A DNA stretch of 64,000 nucleotides from Antedon mediterranea (lineage: Eukaryota; Animalia; Echinodermata), in NCBI RefSeq assembly GCF_964355755.1, contig NC_092670.1, positions 29,376,388 through 29,440,387 on the forward strand, in the 5' to 3' direction. Below are positions 1-13,638 of the stretch, in pieces (the stretch's first letter is position 1; every line of letters begins with the position of its first letter). The notes under the pieces were generated by a model. It did not search any database, had not been told where the DNA came from, and worked only from the letters and a program-made list of their open reading frames with translations. The translations under genes and the position numbers were made by a program.

Positions 1-777
1 CTCCCTTGTTTTGCCATATCTTTTATATTGCAATATCGTTTGGTGTAACACATTCCCATCTAATTTAAATAAACTTCAAATACTACAAAAGAAAATCATT
101 CGAATAATTTCGAATGTTTCACCTAGAACTAGTACAGATCCTTTATTTCGTTCTCTCAAATTATTAAAATTAACAGATATTAATATTTTCCAACAATGTT
201 TATTTATTTACAACAAAAGCCAAAATGCTCTTCTTCCATCTCATTTACGCGATATGTTTTCTCCCAATTATGAATTCCACGGCTATTCCACAAGAATCCT
301 TAATAACCTTCATATTCCTAAACACAAAAAGACTTCTTTTCAACATAATATTAGATTTACTGGACCCAAGATATGGAACTCACTTCCTAACAAAATTACA
401 ACTTCTGCAAACAAACATAGCTTCGTCTTTAACACTAAACAATATCTAATACAAAAGTAAATTAATTAACTAGTTATATTCTAGGTATCAGTTTTTATTG
501 TTTTCATATTCCGTTATGGTAATTACTTTATTCCTATATACCATTTACTATTATTTACTAATTTGATTTTAGTTACTTTTTGTTTTGTTCAGGCACTTTC
601 AACACAAGCTTTTGCTTTTTAGAAATTGTGCCTCCTTCATAATATTGTTTTATTCATTTTAAAGATGAGAAAAAAAAAATTGTATTGTTTTAACTATCTT
701 TCTTCTCGTCATGAATTTTGTATTATTATTTATTTTGTATATTATGAAGGAAATAAATGTTACTATGAATGAATGAA
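1..777 (+). mobile_element. 3' end of CR1/L2-group LINE (RT C-terminus, 3' UTR, (TGAA)n tail)
   Basis: ORF 11-460 (LPYLLYCNIVW..LQKK..GPKIWNSLP) resembles the C-terminus of ORF2 at 44517; aataaa is followed by atgaatgaatgaa. Confidence 0.85.
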
Positions 778-1736
778 AAAAATCGAACGAATGGTTCAAA
801 CAGTGAAGTCAACCATCATCAAAGCTCAGCACAACAACACAGATGTTGATAAAGCTTTACTATACATGCGAGCAACTCCAGTCGACTCAAAACTTGCTTC
901 ACCCGGAATGATGATATTTCACAGAGGACAAAAAACAGAACTTCCAACAAACAATGAAAAAATGCCATACAAAACCACTTCAACCAATAAAGGGAGGCGA
1001 AAGCGTGAGAATCCGACACTCTGACAAAAACCCACAGTGGATCCCAGCGAATATACTAAACAAAACAAGTCCACGTTCGTACAGAGTACTGACAGAAAAC
1101 CAGAAAACACTAAGAAGAAACCGAACACACATCCGCAAAACAAACGAACACTTCACACACACAATACTAGAAACACCACTTACTCATTACAAGACCATCA
1201 TCATGCTCTAGCAGTGGCAGAAAAATTAAGAAACCAAATAGATTAGATTTGGAAATAAAACTTATAATTGATTTATGATGATCGTAATATGATTGATAAA
1301 TGAGACTCAAAGTTTAATTATATTTGTATACCATTATGAGTAATTAAAGAAAAGGGATGTTATATGATGGCATCATATATTATGATGTCGCCCTCTATAG
1401 TATGTAGGATACCCATAAGGCAACACACCTCTAAACATGGCTTCAGTATAGAAGACCTAGTCTGGGCTCCAGACGGAGTTTTTTCTTAATACAGTATTAG
1501 TAAAAATATAAATATTTTTGCACATATGGCGTTTCATACGTGTATTACTTGAGTTTGTATTTTCAGACAAAAATCGCGGTCGAAATAAAAACAAATAAAT
1601 AAAAAAAAAACAATACAGACTTGGGGCAAGTCTATAGAAGACCCTACGAAGGATTGTTATACAATGATGTAAAATAATTAAAGAATAAAAGCATTGTGTT
1701 AATAGAAACGTCTCTCGTGTCATAAAGAATATTACA
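778..1736 (+). mobile_element. Gypsy-type LTR retrotransposon remnant (integrase C-terminus, PPT, probable 3' LTR 1358-1736)
   Basis: ERMVQTVK..ALLYMRATP..SP and GESVRI..WIPA..PRSYRV..LRRNR; PPT aaagaaaaggga then tgttat..attaca. Confidence 0.75.
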
Positions 1737-1934
1737 CTACCCTCTAATAATAATAATGGAACGATCCATTTGATGATCTGGGTTTTCTAGTTCCATTTTG
1801 GAACTAGAAAACTCAGATATTGATATCTGAGTTTTCTAGATCTAGAAAAGTCAGATATCTATGTTTTCTAGAAAACTCAGATATATCTGAGATCTGAGTT
1901 TTCTAGATCTGAGTTTTCTAGACACCCAGTTTCC

Positions 1935-2112
1935 ATCATATCATTGTTGGATAAATTCAAGGAGACTTATAACATTTACTGCTGTTTTTATAAATACATC
2001 TCGGTTACAATAAAACCTTTTTTATACTGGATGTGTTTGAGAAAATTTAGGAAAAAGCTTAAGGAAATACTTTCACAAATAATAACTAAACCTTGATGTA
2101 TCGGTTATCATT
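1935..2112 (+). pseudogene. Fragment of a paralog of the GPCR (TM6-TM7-tail)
   Basis: acaataaaaccttttttatactggatgtgtttgagaaaatttaggaaaaa is nearly identical to 8294-8343; the upstream tcattgttggataa matches 8188-8201. Confidence 0.75.
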
Positions 2113-3394
2113 TGTTGTTTTGGTTTGTAGAAAATAAGTCAAATATTTCTGGACACTATTTTAAATAAACTGTAGCTACAACAATACATTGAATATACAT
2201 TATTAACTTATTAATTAAATATTATTAATTTTAGTGTTTACTTGAATCCTTGATTACACCGACTGAATACCGTAGAAGACCGAAGACCTACGAAGAGAAA
2301 ATCTATAATTCCTTTACGAGCGCCACCACTCGGATATATCTGAGTTTTCTCTTTTGAATTTTTTCAAAATTATGAAACATAGGTGAAATGTTTTGAATTT
2401 TGTATTGGAGCGGTTAATCTGCAACTCGGTAGACCTGCTGCATAATTTCATCCGGCTGAACAATTAATTTAATACAATTTTAGTGAAGGTGTGTTAGGCC
2501 TAATATTAAAATGATTAGTTAATAATGTTACGTGTTTTCCTTTGAGATAGGATATGATACAGTAGACCTACTTATTTATATTCATTGAAATTCAACTCGG
2601 TTTCGCCTCGTTTAAGAACAGTCGATCTTCCACCTCATGAAAAATTCTCTTCATTCAACTCAAACATTATTATGCAACTGCAAATAAAATTATATATGTA
2701 AAGGTAAAAAGGTAAATTGACCCTATTTCACAATCGTTTAATAATTTATTAATTGGATTGAACAGGGGTCTCTGATTCCTTCCCACAAAAGAGAAAACTC
2801 AGATATATCCGAGATCTGAGTTTTTTAGACACCCCAATATAAGCAGTTTAAATACAACATTTATTTCTATTGATCATAAATTCCAATAATTATCGATCTT
2901 TAGTTTCACCTATGTTTCATAATTGTTTGGATTTTATTTGTGTTACACGAGCTTGTTGAAAATAAGCACTTTCTTATCAGTGGGGGGATAGTTCAAATTA
3001 CACAGTAAAATCTCTATTCTTTTGTACACAAATTTTGTAAATAGAGAGGCATTTTAAAAAGCTATGAAAAATAAACGGTGTGGTAAAAAATGTTATCAGA
3101 TGACTAAATATAGGTGATATAACTTGAATATTACATTTCTGATATTTTTATTCAACTTCAGATTTTTATTTTCATGCTATAGCAAAAATTATCCACCGTA
3201 TATCCACCATCTTTTTTCACCGTCTAGGGAGTCATCAGACATGTTATTACATTAGGTTAACTACCTAACTACTGAAAAAAAGTCTTCCTGGTTTTTATGG
3301 AAGAATTTTGCCAAATTTTGTATTTTACCATATTAAGGGAAATTCATGTTTTTTTGTCTCGATTTCTGTTACAAATATTTGACTTATGTACAAT

Positions 3395-3421
3395 CAGGGA
3401 AGAGTTAATAACTCTTCCCTG
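3395..3421. mobile_element. 27-bp hairpin micro-MITE (CAGGGAAGAGTTA TIR)
   Basis: gtacaat|cagggaagagttaataactcttccctg|gtacaat: 7-bp TSD; same TIR as 38623-38677. Confidence 0.8.
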
Positions 3422-5436
3422 GTACAATTAACCAAATATTATATTTAAAATTCATCCTGTACCTGAGCTTTAAGGTGAATGCTAATAAATTTTGAATTGA
3501 TAGACTAGTTAGTTGTATCAATAACTAATTAAGCAAATAAAATCATTTATTGGCTTATCTAACTTCAAATACATATAAACATATATTTGTGTTTATCTTG
3601 ATTTATGTAAAAATAATCATGATTATGTATTTTTTATACTGTTGACCTATTGTATCTTTATAGGCCTGTTATTCAATTGTTTTTTAGTTTTATTTACTAT
3701 GTATAAGTTTTTTTTTTGTGTCAGACATTTTGTAAGTAGGCCCTAATGTGTATTTACTACTGACCTATTGCTTCGATATATTGATTTGCTCGTTATACAA
3801 TTGTTTTTAAGTATCTATTCAAGTGTGCAATTACTACTGTACATTTGTTTTTTGTTTTGTTATGTTTTTTTTTGTTTTGTTTTTTTTTTTTTGGGGGGGG
3901 GGGGGGTTTCAATGTAAGTTAATTATGTAAGTTTTATCATCATTTACCTTTTATATGTTGTTGTTTATATTTGTATGGACGCACCACCGAAAGGTGTGTG
4001 CCACTGATTCTAAAGTGAGTACCAATAAATACTGAAATACTGAAATACAAATATGATGAGGGAAAATGCTACATTACACACACGTTTACGGGTTGATTTT
4101 CTTTTTACATAAGAGTTGATGTACTATAAGCCTACAATAAAATATATGATAAAATAAAGGATGTTGTAGCATTTTCCATCAAATCAATAAACTATTTTTA
4201 ATACTGATTTTTAACTAATGAGGAAGTATTAAAGAAAACAAGCATCCATTTCCTGTTGAACCTCGGTGCGGTGGTTTCTGTCGAAACAGGAAGGGATATT
4301 GATTGAAACAACTTAAACAATTTTTATACAGTTATGCACATTCATTTTGTAGGAATTTCAATGCATCTTTTATTTAGTGAAATACGCCGAAGGTTGCTGA
4401 AAATGTATAAAATGTGTATACAAAAATAAAAAAATTAAACAGTAAAAAGTCAATGTGTTTTAGAATTAAAATAATGAAACTATAAAACACGCACACAGGA
4501 GCATACAAGATTGAATATGGTCTGACGTTGTACTATTATATCGGTCAGAACAACGACAATCGGATAAATCCATTCCTACTTTATTTATATATCTGCCATG
4601 TAGGCCTACAATAGCATGGCGCATTAGCGGACTCCCGTATTCGCAGATATACAAACCGAGTGTTAACTAGCGCCATCACAATCGTTCCAGCTGACATACT
4701 GTACACTGGATGCTTTTCCTGTACAGTTAGTATATACTAATAAAAACAGGGCCATATACACGCCGCACGCGTGCTTAAATTTGAGTTAGTGTTTACCGGC
4801 CAACCGACCAACATAGTGAACTGTAAAGTCGCGTTTGCACGCGACTAATAATCTCTTGGATTTATAAAGCGCCTAATGTTGTGAAACCTCTAAGCGCTGT
4901 ACATACTATATCCTCGGTCATTTAGTTTTATTTTAAAATTTAATTAAAAGATAAAAAGTGCATTGTATATTCTGGATTTTTTAAATGTCTATTCCCAGTT
5001 TCATTTCAACTTGAAACTTTACTTATCTAATCTAGTTTCTGTTTGAAACAGACGCCGAAATAGTTCACGTATTGCAGTCCTCTTTAAAACGACCACCTGT
5101 TTCTAAAATGACATGGTAGATTATGTACATGTACAATGGATTAAGACAAAAAACGTCTTGTCATTTTATTGGGTGCCATTATAGGCCTATATGAAGTAAA
5201 TGTGATATAAATCTGATGTAGCACACTCGAGCGTGACTTGTCGTTCTGTACAATGCGAGTTCTGTTTTGACAGAAATCAATGTTCAATCACAGTTACTTC
5301 ACTTATTAGGACTAGATGGTACGCGAGCGAAGCGACATCTAGGTCGTGCCCGCAGATGGTTCTCGAATACACAATAATTTCAGCAAGAAAAAAATGGAGA
5401 TTTCAAATGTACGTATCACAGGACTATAATACAATG

Positions 5437-5900
5437 TCGTTTAAAGAAACGAATAAAAAGACTTATAATAATAAATAGATTTATGTAGTCAGCCAAAATT
5501 AGCACCCTGGGAATTACTTCCGAGAGAGACAGAAACTTGTCACAAAACGAGTCCAATTTTTTTTATTTGGACTCATTTAAACAAACCCAATTTGTGTTTT
5601 GTATGTAACATTAGGGTTGAGGGATGTGAAGAGGATCGGTACAAAGAGGAACAATTTTTAAATGAGTGGACTATTGTCGTTTACAGAAACGAATAAACAG
5701 ACACGATGATTCATGTAGGCCTAGTCAACTAATATTAGCACCCTGGAAATTACTTCCGAAAGAGAAACTTGTCACAAAATGAGTCAACATTTTTGATTTG
5801 GACTCATTTAAACAAACCCAATTTGTGTTTTGTGTGTAACATGGTTGAGGGCCGGATGGGTAAGAGGATATGGGTACAAAGAAAAACAATTTTGAAATAC
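5437..5900. repeat. Diverged tandem duplication, about 240-bp unit x2
   Basis: gtcgttta(a/c)agaaacgaataaa..ttagcaccctgg..aaacttgtcacaaaa..acccaatttgtgtt at 5437 and 5677. Confidence 0.85.
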
Positions 5901-5994
5901 CCAGTAACGAAATATTTTTTTCATGTTTTATAGGCCTATAAATAATATACCACTTCATAAGTAACACATTTGCGATTTAATACTGTTACTGTTA

Positions 5995-6606
5995 CGGAAA
6001 CTAGAAAAAGTGGAAGAATATAAATATCTAGGACAAACACTGAAAATGGAAGACACCACGAAGGAAGAAGTTATGTTAAGAATAAAAGCAGGATGGATGA
6101 ATTTTGGCAGACACAAACACATGTTGACTGACAAGAGTATACCAATGTCACTGAGAAAGAAATTATTTAACCAATGTGTGCTATCAAGTATGACATATGG
6201 TTCAGAGACATGGGCAATAACAAAGGAACTTGAACAGAAACTTACAACTACTCAAAGAGCAATGGAAAGGAAGATGATGAACTTATCGCTTCGAGACAGG
6301 GTAAATCATACAATCATAAGAAGAAAGACAGGTGTTACAGATATAATGGAGAAAGTAAGACAATCAAAATGGAGATGGGCTGGGCATGTGGCGAGATTTC
6401 AAGATAATAGATGGACATACAGATTAACAGAATGGCAACCAAGGGTAGGAAAGAGGAAAAGAGGAAGACAAAAAAGAAGGTGGAGAGATGATCTAACAAC
6501 ATACATTGGAACGGCTGCATGGACTAGGACAGCAAGAATTAGACAGAAATGGAAATGTTATGAGGAGGGCTTCATTCAACAATGGATGAACTAATTGCCT
6601 AGATAG
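5995..6606 (+). mobile_element. 5'-truncated RTE-clade LINE
   Basis: YKYLG..YGSETW..KWRWAGHVAR..DNRW..W.PR.GKR.RGR..RW; TSD actgttactgtta at 5982-5994 and 6607-6619; taga tail. Confidence 0.9.
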
Positions 6607-7477
6607 ACTGTTACTGTTAAAACTGTCACTGTCATAATCGATTGAAATAGCATAGTACATGTAACGATACACCACTACAACGTTTATATTTTTGACATTA
6701 ATTAATACAAACGTTGAGAAGCAGCTGTTAGTGATAAAGTTTATTTGTATATTGTGCGTTTATATATATATATATAACAGTAGGGCCTACTCACACTCAT
6801 AGTAATACGTTTATTTGTACATGTGTTTATATATCTAACAGTATCCCCACTCGCAGTAAAAAAATTCCGATTCAAATGGCGACCAAAAATGGTTAATACG
6901 TATTTACAGTAATGTCAAAGTATTGCAATACTATATCTATATAGGTTTTTTTTTAATAAATTTACCGACAGCTGGTGGTACTTGTGTTAAACCAAATAGT
7001 TATATTGGAATGTTCCATCCATCGGAAATCAATACATTTGTATAAACGTATATTAAATCTATCAAAATAGTATTTTTTTTAAAGAAAATCGGCCTGTCTT
7101 CAACATTATGAAGAGTAGAATAGTAACAATGCAATAGCGGGTAAAGTCTTGTGATTATTATATGGACCCGTCTACTTTCGACTTGTGGAAATTTAGTTGA
7201 TATAGGGCCTAAATGAAATAGAAAAAAAAGGTAAATTTTTATTCGACATGAGGTAGATCCCATCATTATCCCATGCCATGTATATATCAATACCTTAAAT
7301 GAATAGGCATGTTATAGAAGCCATATTCCTATTGGTCTGTGCATAACCGGAAGACCCTGTAAAATAGGAAATCAATGTATTATATTGCGTCTAGTTAAAA
7401 CCAATATATGCTCATTATTTCGTGTTCAGTAGACGCTTTAACAGGAATAGGAAAATTATTACAGTAAGGCACTAACG

Positions 7478-8401
7478 ATGTTTCAAGAAAATGGCAACAG
7501 CACTGATATTAAGAGCGCAGACGTCAGGGACCAAGGTATTCTGGCCTTCGGCATTATCGTCTGCATCATCGGTTCAATATCTATTATCGGAAATCTAACC
7601 GTTGTGACTGTTTATCATAGCATGAAACATGCAAAAATAAAATCACGGAAAATATTGATCACAAATCTTGCTGTTGCCGATATTTGGATAGCAGTGACTT
7701 ACTGTATAGCGATTACTAGTTGGAGCATCTTTGAACGTAACAGAAGTCGTATAAAACAAATTGATCCACAATTCAGTTTCTTGATAAGTGTATACAAAGT
7801 TGGTCACCTTGCTTCAATCTTGCTACTCCTTCTGCTTGCTGTGGATACATGGAATGCTTATCGAAATCCTTTTGCGTATAACAAGGTTGTCATGGTTGAG
7901 AAGAATGTGAAGATTATGTGTCTTCTGGCATGGATTGGCTCCTTGGCGTTGTCCATCGTTTTCTTCACAAAACCCATCAGCTATATTTTAGTGATTTACA
8001 ACACTGTGTTGTGTTTCATATCAGTGTTTATTTCATGTATTCAATTGACTATTGGTATCTTGATATTGATCAGACAAAGAAAGACACATAAGAAAATGGA
8101 ACTAAAGGATTTTAACTTTTGGAAAATGTTGACACATACGTATTCTTTGATGCCAGTACCATTCCTCTTGATTTTAATCTCCAGTATTTCATTGGTGGAT
8201 AACATTTTGGATACTGTAAGCATTTTACATTTGCTATATAATTCTAAAAGAAGCATAACACTTATGTCGGTTGTTATGAAGTGCATATCTGTGACAATAA
8301 AGCCTTTTTTATACTGGATGTGTTTGAGAAAATTTAGGAAAAAATGTAAAGAAATTTTAAGTTCACAAAGATTAAGTAGACATATCGATTATCATTTATA
8401 G
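7478..8401 (+). CDS. Intronless divergent rhodopsin-class (class A) GPCR, 307 aa, orphan/chemoreceptor-like
   Basis: Seven hydrophobic segments; N-terminal N-S-T sequon; TM1 GN, TM2 NLAVAD, TM3 LAVDTW (DRY position), TM4 W, TM7 KPFLY (NPxxY position), helix-8 FRK. Confidence 0.85.
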   Translation: MFQENGNSTDIKSADVRDQGILAFGIIVCIIGSISIIGNLTVVTVYHSMKHAKIKSRKILITNLAVADIWIAVTYCIAITSWSIFERNRSRIKQIDPQFSFLISVYKVGHLASILLLLLLAVDTWNAYRNPFAYNKVVMVEKNVKIMCLLAWIGSLALSIVFFTKPISYILVIYNTVLCFISVFISCIQLTIGILILIRQRKTHKKMELKDFNFWKMLTHTYSLMPVPFLLILISSISLVDNILDTVSILHLLYNSKRSITLMSVVMKCISVTIKPFLYWMCLRKFRKKCKEILSSQRLSRHIDYHL

Positions 8402-11400
8402 CTTTAGAGTGCAGACATTTGCTGTACTGTTCATGTCTTATAGATTACAGAGAGAATACTGTAAAATAACAATACTACCATCAATTAGATTTGAAATAAA
8501 AATAACTAAATTACTGTATAAGATAAGGTGCAAGATATATTGGACGTAAATAATTGGATGGAGGAAGGCTGCAGGAAAATATACTGTAAACGAGACATAC
8601 TAATACGATGAAAAATGTTACCGTATTAAAAAAAAACTAGAAAAAAAAAAAAACTCGATAAAACATTCTATTACTATCAATCAGCATTTTAGTCAATACA
8701 AGTTTTGTTGTTGTTGTAATCTGTAAATATATATAAATACATAATATTTTGATGATTAGTATAACTAAATAACAAACATTATTTTAGAAATAGGTAGCTG
8801 ACGAAATTTACATCTGAACTGTTGATAATTTTGTGGTTTTTTTACACATATAACTTTTTATTCTTTGTATTTAAGATATGATTCCAAAATAAAAGTGGTA
8901 ATTAACTTTTAAATATGTATTTGTTATTCATTCTTGAAGAAAAAATGCGAATAAAATACGAAATAGAGTAAGGCGTGTAAATAATCGGAATAGCGTGCAC
9001 ACAAAATGTATAGCCTAAACAGGAAACATTCAAGCACTTTATTTTAAACACAGAAACATCTGGCGGTTTGAGAATATGGCCGGTTTCCGCCAGTTTGATG
9101 GAAGAACACAATAACATGGTATAACCATGGACCTAGAAATTAAACAAAGCTAAAGTTGAAACCGAAGCTTATATATGAGAATCAGTTGAACAGTTAACCA
9201 GACTAAAGTATGAGGTAGTTAATTAATAGTCTCCTAACATGAAAATAACAGGTCTGGTCTTACAACAAACTACAAAAAGAGATAGAGACAAAGTGGAACC
9301 TTGGTAATTGGAGCAGCTTATAATTCTAATAATAGAATAGTAAAAGAAGCAGACTAATCCAAGTGTTTTACGGTAATTCTAATAAGTCAATGAAACCACC
9401 GCAATGATCAACGCGTGTTTTCACCGATATGAATGGACACGTTCGATGATGATAGCCTACGACATAAGATGTCATCCAGGTCATTCAGATAAACCAGTTC
9501 GTCAATAATAAACAGCTCTAACTCATTAAGATCCCTATTACAGTAGCAGAGACCGCATCCACCTCCTCTTGCTTGGATCTATCTTTGGATGTATGAGAGG
9601 ATTGAGAAAAATCGGGTTTCATGGAGCTCTTTATTGTCCAAGAACTATGTTCTAAATTCCTTTCTTAATCTGACGTCACAGTGGTCGAAGAAGTAGAAGA
9701 ATCGTCGGATGGCGTAGAAGAATCGTCGGATGGCACAGAAGACCCCATGGATATAAAAGAAAACAGATTGTGGCTTATTTGGGGAATGCAAAAAGAGTAA
9801 ATTACACAGCAAAGAAACACAAAGAAACCAAGCAGTGGAATCGTTAGACACTGGTTAGCTGGTTAGCTCTGGATTCATACTAAAGGCTCATATTCATGTA
9901 TTAATTATCTCGTTCGACAAGCACACAGTAATAACAAGTTAAATTATTTAATTACAACAACGGTGGCCTATCATACGCTGATCCACCTGTACCGGCAATG
10001 AAGTGCCATTTGCCATCACAGGACACCTGTTAGGTACTCAACTTCTCCTTTAAATGCGTATCCTATACAGCTCGGAGTCCTGTCAATTACTGTAGATTTA
10101 AGTTGGACATCCATTCATCTTTTTGCGACCATGAAGCATTCCTAGTCTTAAAACCCATGAACACTCTTCAGATTATAGAATCTTAACTGCTCTTGTTCGC
10201 AATCAATCGTATTTCTCATTATGAGATTATTGTTTTTTTGCAGAGTCGTGCACTTTTGGTACCGCAGTGATCTATTGTTATTCCAATATCGTCGGCATGC
10301 GCTTAAAAAAAAAAATTTAAAAATCTGCGGGTAATCCAGGGATCTCAACCTCTTGTAACCTTTTAGTTATGCATTCATTACATACATACTTCTGTATACA
10401 AATCTCGGGCGAATCAAATTTCGAGTTGATTTACTTCGATGGTTACTGGTACCGCATGACAAATTTGTAGACGTTTCCCCACAAAGTCGACGTAGTTCCT
10501 TTTCTTTTGAGCTTGTTATTTAGCTCAAGCTTTCACATATGAAACTTTATGAAAAAATATAATACGGTAGAGATAGATATATGTGGCCAGTGTCGTCTTT
10601 TGAAATGTTTTCTTCCATAATCTCTATGAACTTACCATCGATGGATAAGGTCGATATATCATCATCTTCACATTTCATGTTTACATTAATTTTTTCGTTG
10701 ATTCATTGTCGTGTTCGATTATTCTTCCCATGAACTGGATCAGCTCCTCTGTCTATTTACATCCGACCCGATAATTTCCGTCCGTGATCAAAGTGGTGTG
10801 CACAAGGAGATTCTGGTGTGTCATTTCGGGATTCTTGATATGCTTGTATCGGGATTTCTTGAGAGTAATCATGATTTATTTGCGTTTTATGAATATCGCC
10901 ATTTCCATCGCCTTGACATTAATTGCCTGGTCGATAATATCAGTAATAACTGCATGTTGTTAATACGTAGAGTCTTCCAAACTTCTCAAGCCAATGCGTG
11001 TTTTTACTCGTAATTTTCTGGATACGCTTATGCTAAAATGGCCTTCGCACATTAAAGTCTTTACCTATTTCTTCGCTATGATTTTCACAACGTCTTCACA
11101 GGCAACAGGCAGCTGCTTACTCCTCAAACCTTGCTTTTGTTTCGGTAGAGCAGATGTTTCCGCTGATTTTACTTTAAAACGGCAATATATGATTTTGCTG
11201 GATATCTCCGAAGCACAAATCGTGGACACTGGTGTATAGAACAATAAGACACCATCGTTTTTAATGCTAATATAAAGAAGAGTGTTGTGTAGAGAGCTAT
11301 GATGTTGTTTATTTGAAATGCTACAGAAACAATTGTAGACTAGTTGTGTTTGTTTGAAATAACATAGACCATACTATGTTGAAAGCAATATTAAAAAAAG

Positions 11401-11727
11401 AGTGGAACCAAATGGTTCGATGATCTCGTTCAACAATATTTGAAGTGAAAAACTACGCAAGGTGACTACTGAATGTGGTCTAAGGTAAGGTAATTTGAAG
11501 ATTTGCCACTGAATGCAACATCTTCGTATACAACATCTGTGTACTTTTTTAAAGTTTACATTTTAGAGGTACTGTAAAAATGGCAAGGCAGCTCTCCGAT
11601 TGTGGCCGCATATACTGTGCACTCAACAGGTTGATTTTCGATGGCATATTATTGCATTACAATTATTAAATATAACGTTAACGTCAAATGTGACAAAATA
11701 ACCAACGTACCATTTTACATTCTACAT

Positions 11728-12140
11728 ATGTCATGGATATTGTTGCGATTCAAAGCAGCAGGTGTCACTACATGCTAATCACTTATGATTAGACCTATGG
11801 CATTATGACATAAAAGTGTTAAGGGATTCGAAAGCTTTGATGTGTTGAAGAGAGATTTTTAAACACTCATTCTTGAAGCTGGAATAATATATTGGAATTT
11901 ATTTACTTGGCTACCGGGAATTTTATGTCATGGATATTGTTATGGAATGTTACGATTCCAACGTGACAACAAAGCAGGTGTCACTACATGCTAATCACTT
12001 ATCATTAGACCTATGGCATTATGACATAAAAATGTTAATGGATTCGAAAGCTTTGATGTGTGTGAAGAGAGATTTTTAAACACTCATTCTTGAAGCTGGA
12101 ATAATATATTGGAATTGATTTACTTGGCTGCCGGGAATTT
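11728..12140. repeat. Tandem duplication, about 200-bp unit x2
   Basis: atgtcatggatattgtt..ggtgtcactacatgctaatcac..ccgggaattt repeated at about 11728 and 11925. Confidence 0.9.
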
Positions 12141-13509
12141 CCGGAGATATCTTACACTCGGTAAACATACAGCTATAACATTAATTTATAGCTCCATGGG
12201 TAAACCAGCGAGTTGTTGCCCTGGTTAAACTTACGAAAATTGAATATTGCCGAGTGTTGATTGGTTGTGCATTTTTCGCAGTATATGGAAATATCAAATC
12301 TCATCTCAGTCCCCGTTAACCCCATACAAGAACCAACAAAAACAAACTGTTTGAAACATATTTATTCTGGGCAGGTGCGGCCACACACGCCAACTACCAT
12401 AACCGTTGCAAACTCAGCTGGGAATACGACTCCTCGGCAAGCTCCCTTTTGAATTTGCTCAACTTAGCATCAAGAACAGCAGTCAGCAATGTCAACGTAA
12501 CCCTGGTCTCCAACTACGCCCTGTTCTGAGTCCATAACGGCACAAAATTAGTTAGATATAGTGAGAAGGAAAACGCGAACTGGGGTAAAGAACTTAACAG
12601 TGTGACGTGTTGACCGCGAATGACTAAACATACTCCCTTACCCACTACACCTGCACAAGCCCATTTGCATAACAACACACGGCATACCAAACCGTGTCGT
12701 ACAACTACGATGACATATAAATTCTCTTCTAAACACGTAACGAAGAGAATTACTAATATGTATGTGTACAAACTGTTTCTCTGAACCATCGCAAATAAAA
12801 AAAAACCAGAAAGACCTCAGTGTAGTGGTTTAGTCTCTAGCTGAAGCCAATCACTGACCACTCATTAGCAGTGGTGTTACTAAACTTTTTAGATGACCCT
12901 TCATTTAAATAGCATTCTAATTCAATTACATTTTAGTGGCAGTGGCAGACTGTTTAGACAATCGTTTATTTAGCTGCGCTAATATACAGTGGTACTGTAC
13001 CGTGTAGACAGTCTATAACTATTATAATATAGAAGAGGTTGTCCTGCACGTTTTAGACAGTGCCTTAGTTAGGATATTTCATGACTTTGTTACAGTTCTA
13101 TTTTTTACAGAGCGCTTATAAACATTTGTATTATGAGTTATATAAGATTAACAATTATTGTTATTAAGCAACACCAGTGGTGGTTGTGTACGTTTTAGAC
13201 AGTCCCTTATTAATACCTAACACACCAGCAATGGTTGTTTTGTACCTTCTAGACAATCCCTCAATTAGATCTAGCATAATAATAATAATAATAATAATAA
13301 TTATTATTTGCCTAATATTAAGTATTTTAAGGCCAGTTGTGTATTTTTTGCTCACAGTTTTAATGAACTCTAGCATGCTTTTGGGTTTTGCTTTCTAACA
13401 CTAACTGTAAGTCTATTTTATTATTTAGCAAGCATTATGATACAAGTATGTTGGAATACTGTAATAGAATAGGCTTTGTCAGTTTCACAATAATAACCCT
13501 GTGCTCAGG

Positions 13510-13638
13510 TCACCGTTTTCTTAGACATAACGCCTTTACTGCTAAACTTCTTGCTCCTTGGCTGCCTAGGCTGCACACTGCCATCACAAATTGAATGAAA
13601 AAATTTCCTCCGCCAGAAACACACAAAAATTGCTCAAC
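13510..13638 (-). CDS. MED24: MED24 last coding exon
   Basis: [32 protein letters not shown]-stop. Confidence 0.9.
   Translation of the reverse strand, partial: VEQFLCVSGGGNFFIQFVMAVCSLGSQGARSLAVKALCLRKR

Noticed and set aside
12490-12870. Possible solo LTR
   Set aside because: TG start and AATAAA are present, but I could not fix a matching end or TSD
13164-13398. ORFs with poly-Ile or YIYI runs (also the start of 27722)
   Set aside because: Translations of (AAT)n and (TA)n microsatellites
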